Assembly (NCBI GenBank): GCA_030141605.1 | Contig: JAQGDQ010001083.1 | Coordinates: 1-64,000, forward strand | From: Tubiluchus corallicola | Lineage: Eukaryota > Animalia > Priapulida | Direction: 5' to 3' | DNA length: 64,000 bases | Shown here: piece by piece, positions 60,801 to 64,000 of the stretch | Layout: each line of letters starts with the position of its first letter | Numbering within the stretch: the stretch's first letter is position 1 | Notes under the pieces: model-generated | What the model was told of the DNA's origin: nothing | What the model saw: the letters and a program-made list of their open reading frames with translations, nothing else | Databases searched by the model: none | Position numbers and translations under genes: made by a program

Positions 60801-61595
60801 ACAAAATACTTAGCAACCGTACAAATGTTGGTTGCTATGGACTTTGCAAGAACATATTGAAGTTATGTTTAAATCCAGTAGATGGCTCTTCCTGACAAAG
60901 ATCTGAGCTTGTCAACAGAAAAACCTGAAGCAGAATGGCTGCTTCCACGAGCTTCTATCAGAGTTTGAAAATACAAGTTTTTTACACTTGCAATACTAGT
61001 GTCTAGAGAGAAAAATGGGTTTGGGGTTATAAAATCAGACTTAGACATTTTCTTGATGATTTGATGCTAGAATATAAAAGCCCAATATATTTAGCGTTTG
61101 TTTTTATAAAAAAACAAAAAATTGACATTTGACCAGATTTTTTATGCAGTCTACTTTGAAGCATCATAACATAGTTTCAACTACGCCGACTCGTGAACGG
61201 TTTTGGTTTGCAAGCGCACATTTTACTTAACTTCAGCCTTTTTTTATTGACACTAGATGTCTCTAGCAGTCTTTGCTTGATCATTGTAATGTTTGCTGCT
61301 ATCCACAACGTCGTTCACTCTAATTTTTACAAAGAGCAGAAACCTCAAAGGATTATTTTCATGCAAGGTTAAGCAAAACGAAACACTATGTAGAATGCTT
61401 GCGCATTATTGCTGATAATCTGATAATCTCGTATTTAAGTAATTTCTCAATGGCTCGCTCTTTTGATTTCAGCACCCCGATCAGCGAAGTGGCTGGTAAA
61501 AGAGTTTCTCTTTTCTCGTACGGGTCGGGCTCAGCAGCTTCCCTCTATTCCATACGCATATCGACAGACGTTTCGCCGGATTCTCCTCTACAGAA
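42395..61595 (+). CDS. HMGCS1: Hydroxymethylglutaryl-CoA synthase (cytosolic type), spliced, 3'-incomplete (about 399 aa in window)
   Basis: Exons 42395-42842, 44068-44193, 52888-53052, 57756-57921, 58877-59047, 61473-61595; GT-AG and phase-compatible. Catalytic motifs LEVGTET (Glu), NACYGGT (Cys), [12 protein letters not shown] (His), plus [13 protein letters not shown] and FSYGSG. Confidence 0.97.
44068..44193 (+). CDS. HMGCS1: HMGCS coding exon 2
   Basis: [26 protein letters not shown]...APLVIER; tacag / gtacta. Confidence 0.95.
44310..44870 (+). repeat. Dispersed ~560-bp repeat; second copy at ~60610-61220
   Basis: Near-identical agcttttctagttatt...tttgataccaagttcatcactctatg...gcaagcacaca. 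Confidence 0.85.
45186..45390. repeat. ~47-bp tandem repeat x4
   Basis: cttagtggacatgttcaaaatgtctcaaagctacaaatagtagttga. Confidence 0.85.
46231..46903. mobile_element. TTAA-flanked non-autonomous DNA transposon, family A (Kolobok/T2-MITE-like)
   Basis: TTAA|AGCACAAGAAAA...TTTTCCTGTCCT|TTAA; related partial copies at ~12975-13310, 16090-16680, 22710-22960, 31620-32020, 48710-48880, 56990-57540. Confidence 0.8.
46922..47383. mobile_element. TTAA-flanked MITE (Kolobok-like), distinct family
   Basis: TTAA|AGGGAAAGA...AGTTTTCCT|TTAA. Confidence 0.6.
48100..48578. mobile_element. pogo/Tigger-like MITE
   Basis: agtcaacctcgggtataa...ttatatctgagtttgactg|ta; internal ataagggac subrepeats. Confidence 0.7.
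48887..50358. mobile_element. Family A MITE (inverted relative to the 46231 copy) interrupted by a LINE
   Basis: ttagaggacaagaaaa...ttttcttgtgct|ttaa; matches the reverse complement of 46231-46903 on both sides of 49057-49876. Confidence 0.8.
49057..49876 (-). mobile_element. 5'-truncated LINE (CR1/L2/Daphne-group-like ORF2 C-terminus)
   Basis: 201-aa ORF: [14 protein letters not shown]...LQNYALRFI...[23 protein letters not shown]; AATAAA and microsatellite tail at ~49055-49090. Confidence 0.85.
50770..51130. repeat. ~71-bp AT-rich tandem repeat x5
   Basis: catgtctacttatgtataaaaagctaatttaaaaaatgacataactttat. Confidence 0.88.
52888..53052 (+). CDS. HMGCS1: HMGCS coding exon 3
   Basis: [35 protein letters not shown]; tacag / gtaggt. 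Confidence 0.95.
53079..53599. mobile_element. hAT-like MITE
   Basis: 13-bp TIR CAGGGATGAGAAT...ATTCTCATCCCTG; no clean 8-bp TSD; internal part recurs inverted at ~63890-63970. Confidence 0.65.
53893..55242. repeat. 26-bp minisatellite (~50 units) with a 199-bp higher-order repeat
   Basis: tatgacataagacgttc(t/c)gttcaccg; variant gtctagacg recurs at 54591, 54790, 54989. Confidence 0.96.
55815..56290 (-). repeat. Three tandem ~138-bp copies resembling a retroelement 3' end
   Basis: aattcaattcaatttcaatttatttatctctt... x3 (minus strand: AATAAA + (TTGAA)n); hairpin aaggatagc...gctatcctt at 56224-56270. Confidence 0.7.
57756..57921 (+). CDS. HMGCS1: HMGCS coding exon 4
   Basis: [32 protein letters not shown]...GLEAF; tgcag / gtattt (absent from the ORF track). 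Confidence 0.94.
58133..58760. mobile_element. TTAA-flanked MITE, family B (Kolobok-like)
   Basis: TTAA|AGCAAAACCGG...CCTGTCTTTCT|TTAA; inverted homologs at ~19510-19800 and ~22970-23532. Confidence 0.75.
58877..59047 (+). CDS. HMGCS1: HMGCS coding exon 5
   Basis: [18 protein letters not shown]...[13 protein letters not shown]; tacag / gtaagc. Confidence 0.95.
59530..60450. repeat. 177-bp AT-rich tandem repeat (~5-6 copies)
   Basis: tagatggcagcatctgg at 59558, 59735, 59912, 60089, then degenerate copies. Confidence 0.93.
61473..61595 (+). CDS. HMGCS1: HMGCS coding exon 6
   Basis: [22 protein letters not shown]; ttcag / gtaagt. Confidence 0.92.
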
Positions 61596-61739
61596 GTAAG
61601 TTACGATCTTAGAAGTAAGTTAAGTTTCTTCAGTTGCTCTAGGGGCGTTAACAATAACGATATGTATAGATAATTATCTTATCGATACGATAAATTTGTT
61701 TTTATCGTTATCGTATCGATATTATTTTAGGTACTACCA

Positions 61740-62095
61740 AAGTCCTGCAAAAAATCGGGAGTCGGGTCCGAGAAAACGTCCGTTACGGGACGCCGTGGCC
61801 CTCTCGCGAATTCTGAATACACCTGTGACACCCACCACTGAACGGACTATCTATCCATACCCAGCACTACCCCGAGCCCGTTCCTGTTCTCCAGAAATAT
61901 GATAAGTTTTGCAAAAAAAACTGTCGAAAAATGGTCATTTTTGGAGGTTTTTCGCCCCCCATTCATTCCGGCGGACCCGATTAAAAAAATAAACCCGCAA
62001 TGAGACCACACTGGATCGAGACCTTTCTATTTATACATATATGAATCACTGCAAATGGTGTTGCCGTCAGAGCTGTAGCCTCGAATCTTATAATA
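61740..62095. repeat. Dispersed repeat family C; copies at ~37960-38150 and inverted at ~43465-43685
   Basis: Shared ccgtggccctctcgcgaattc...cacccacc(g/a)ctgaacgg...ccagcactaccc. Confidence 0.75.
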
Positions 62096-64000
62096 TATAT
62101 ATAACATATATATATATATATAACGTACCACCGAAATTAATATACACGATATTGTTATCGTATCAAATTTGGCTTGTATCGTTGCTTATCGCTTACCTTT
62201 ATAAAATCACTTCACTTTGCTTTTTAATTTCCGTAAAGGAATTAAGCAAAATAGCGGATAAATAAATTATTTAAAATCATAAGCTTGTCAGATGCATGCA
62301 GTTGCACTTTCGCTTAGCAATGGCGGTTATCTTTATTCTGATTCTAAATCATACAGACTCGTGGACGCGGACTACAGGGTACCGTACTTTTGGTGTCATC
62401 GTCCATGGACATCTTTATATCGTACTAATCTGTCACGGCTTGCTTATTTATGAATCATTATAACGACGAAGCAGAAAATTTAGTCGCGTAATGGTTACAT
62501 AAATTTTCTAATTATTACAGATACTTTTTCTGTCGTTGCATAAATTTTCTAACTTTGATATCGTTTTTATCGCTCGAAATAATATGTATCGTCTAAAAAG
62601 TGTATTATCGTTATCGTATTGTTGGAAAAAAGTATCGTATTGTATCGCCAAATTTGAATCGTTTCACATCGCCTATGTTGCATCTGTATGTGCAGTCGTT
62701 CGTACGAATCTCTGAAAGTCAATCTAAACCCTCACTATAATATAAGCTTCTACAACTTAGAATCCTACTCTTATTATGAATATTCAATTTATTTTATTAT
62801 AAACTTCCGGTAAAACTTGTTTTTTTTATTTTTTTATCACTTCGTTATTAGCGATATTAAATTTAAAGAACCGCCATTTTTCGTCGCACGAGACAAATGA
62901 CGTTTTGAACGTGGTCAAGAGGTCACCAAAGATCGGTAAACAAGCATCGGTAACCAAAGACGCTTTCCGTATTTGTCAGTTCATTGTTAGAGGTATTAAA
63001 TTTGCAGAACCGCCATTTTTCGTTGAGCGAGATGAAGGATGTTATGAGCGTGGTCACGAGGTCACCAAAGATCGGTAAACAAAGACACTTTCTGTACGCC
63101 GTACATCATTCTCACTCAGTCGCGCCGAAGACGAGAAACATGGCGATCTTTACAGCAATGCATGCGTTTGAAATTTGCCAAAAAAGGTCATTTCAAATCT
63201 GGTAAACCCTAGCCAAGCATCGGTTCACTTATGCCCACTGTTCCCCATAATTAGGAACACCACTTTTAATTACAATATTTTTTGTTCTTATTTATGTTAT
63301 TTTGTAATAATAATAATGATGGTGACCCCAACGATGATGATGATGATATTAACAACAACAATAACAATAGTAACAACAACAACAGCAACAAAATTGAAAT
63401 TTGCCACAAAATGGTAAGTTATTTAATTTAAAACTATGAATTCTTTGTATAATCATAATAATGAGTTAAAAAATTCAATGTCTGTTGTGTGTTATAATCC
63501 TTTAAATGTTAGACAGAAAAAGAACAAAAGAAAATATTAGTTCCATAGTCGGTGTTTGAACCTTGAACCTTTTGTTTGTAAAGATCGTCTTATTTTTAAA
63601 GATTTGCGAATGTAATTACAAATGTTTTTGTAAACTCTTTTGCAAATGAGAGATTACAATAACAAGGAAACAACAAGATGTGGGCCAGCCCGTCATGAAT
63701 GCCTGTAATCAAAATGCGCTCATATATTGGTTTGCCGGACAATAGTGGGGAGACCGTTCGGTCTGAATTTGCCAATTGTCCGAATTTACCAATACTAAAC
63801 TAATACAGTAGGCGCCGTGTATTTGACTCACGGTGATGTATAATCAATCACCTAATTGTCTCAAAAATGTCTGGTACGGGCAGCTCCTATGCAGTATATA
63901 AAAACTGTCAGCAATTGACTCAAATAACTCTGCATAATTGACTATAAACCACTTAAACATGCTGACGTACAAGCTACACAAGTATCGTTACATGCTGCTT

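Noticed and set aside
61596-64000. Remaining HMGCS exons
   Set aside because: No frame resembling the HMGCS C-terminus was found; the region is repeat-derived, so the gene continues beyond the window.

Overview
This is AT-rich, intron-rich animal genomic DNA (invertebrate bilaterian, lophotrochozoan-like; the taxon cannot be determined from this window). It contains two spliced genes arranged head-to-head. (1) Minus strand, ATG at 35176, running off the left edge: an apolipophorin/apoB-like large lipid transfer protein. I traced 29 phase-compatible GT-AG coding exons by hand, giving >=3582 aa with no stop. The protein has a signal peptide, a Vitellogenin_N-type LLT module, an RKHR furin-type site at aa 719-722, and a 5.8 kb exon encoding about 24 'TPF/SPF' beta-repeats. 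(2) Plus strand, ATG at 42395, running off the right edge: cytosolic-type HMG-CoA synthase, with 6 coding exons and an SRE+CCAAT+E-box+Ets promoter. Introns and the intergenic region are filled with micro/minisatellites, TTAA-flanked (Kolobok-like), pogo-like and hAT-like MITEs, 5'-truncated LINEs and a foldback element. The most unusual observations are a 2.2 kb intron built almost entirely from tandem copies of its own 3' splice site, the divergent pairing of a mevalonate-pathway gene with a lipoprotein gene, and the TPF-repeat mega-exon. There are no prokaryotic features and no CRISPR array. All coordinates and counts were read by hand and could be off by a few bases, especially at repeat edges.
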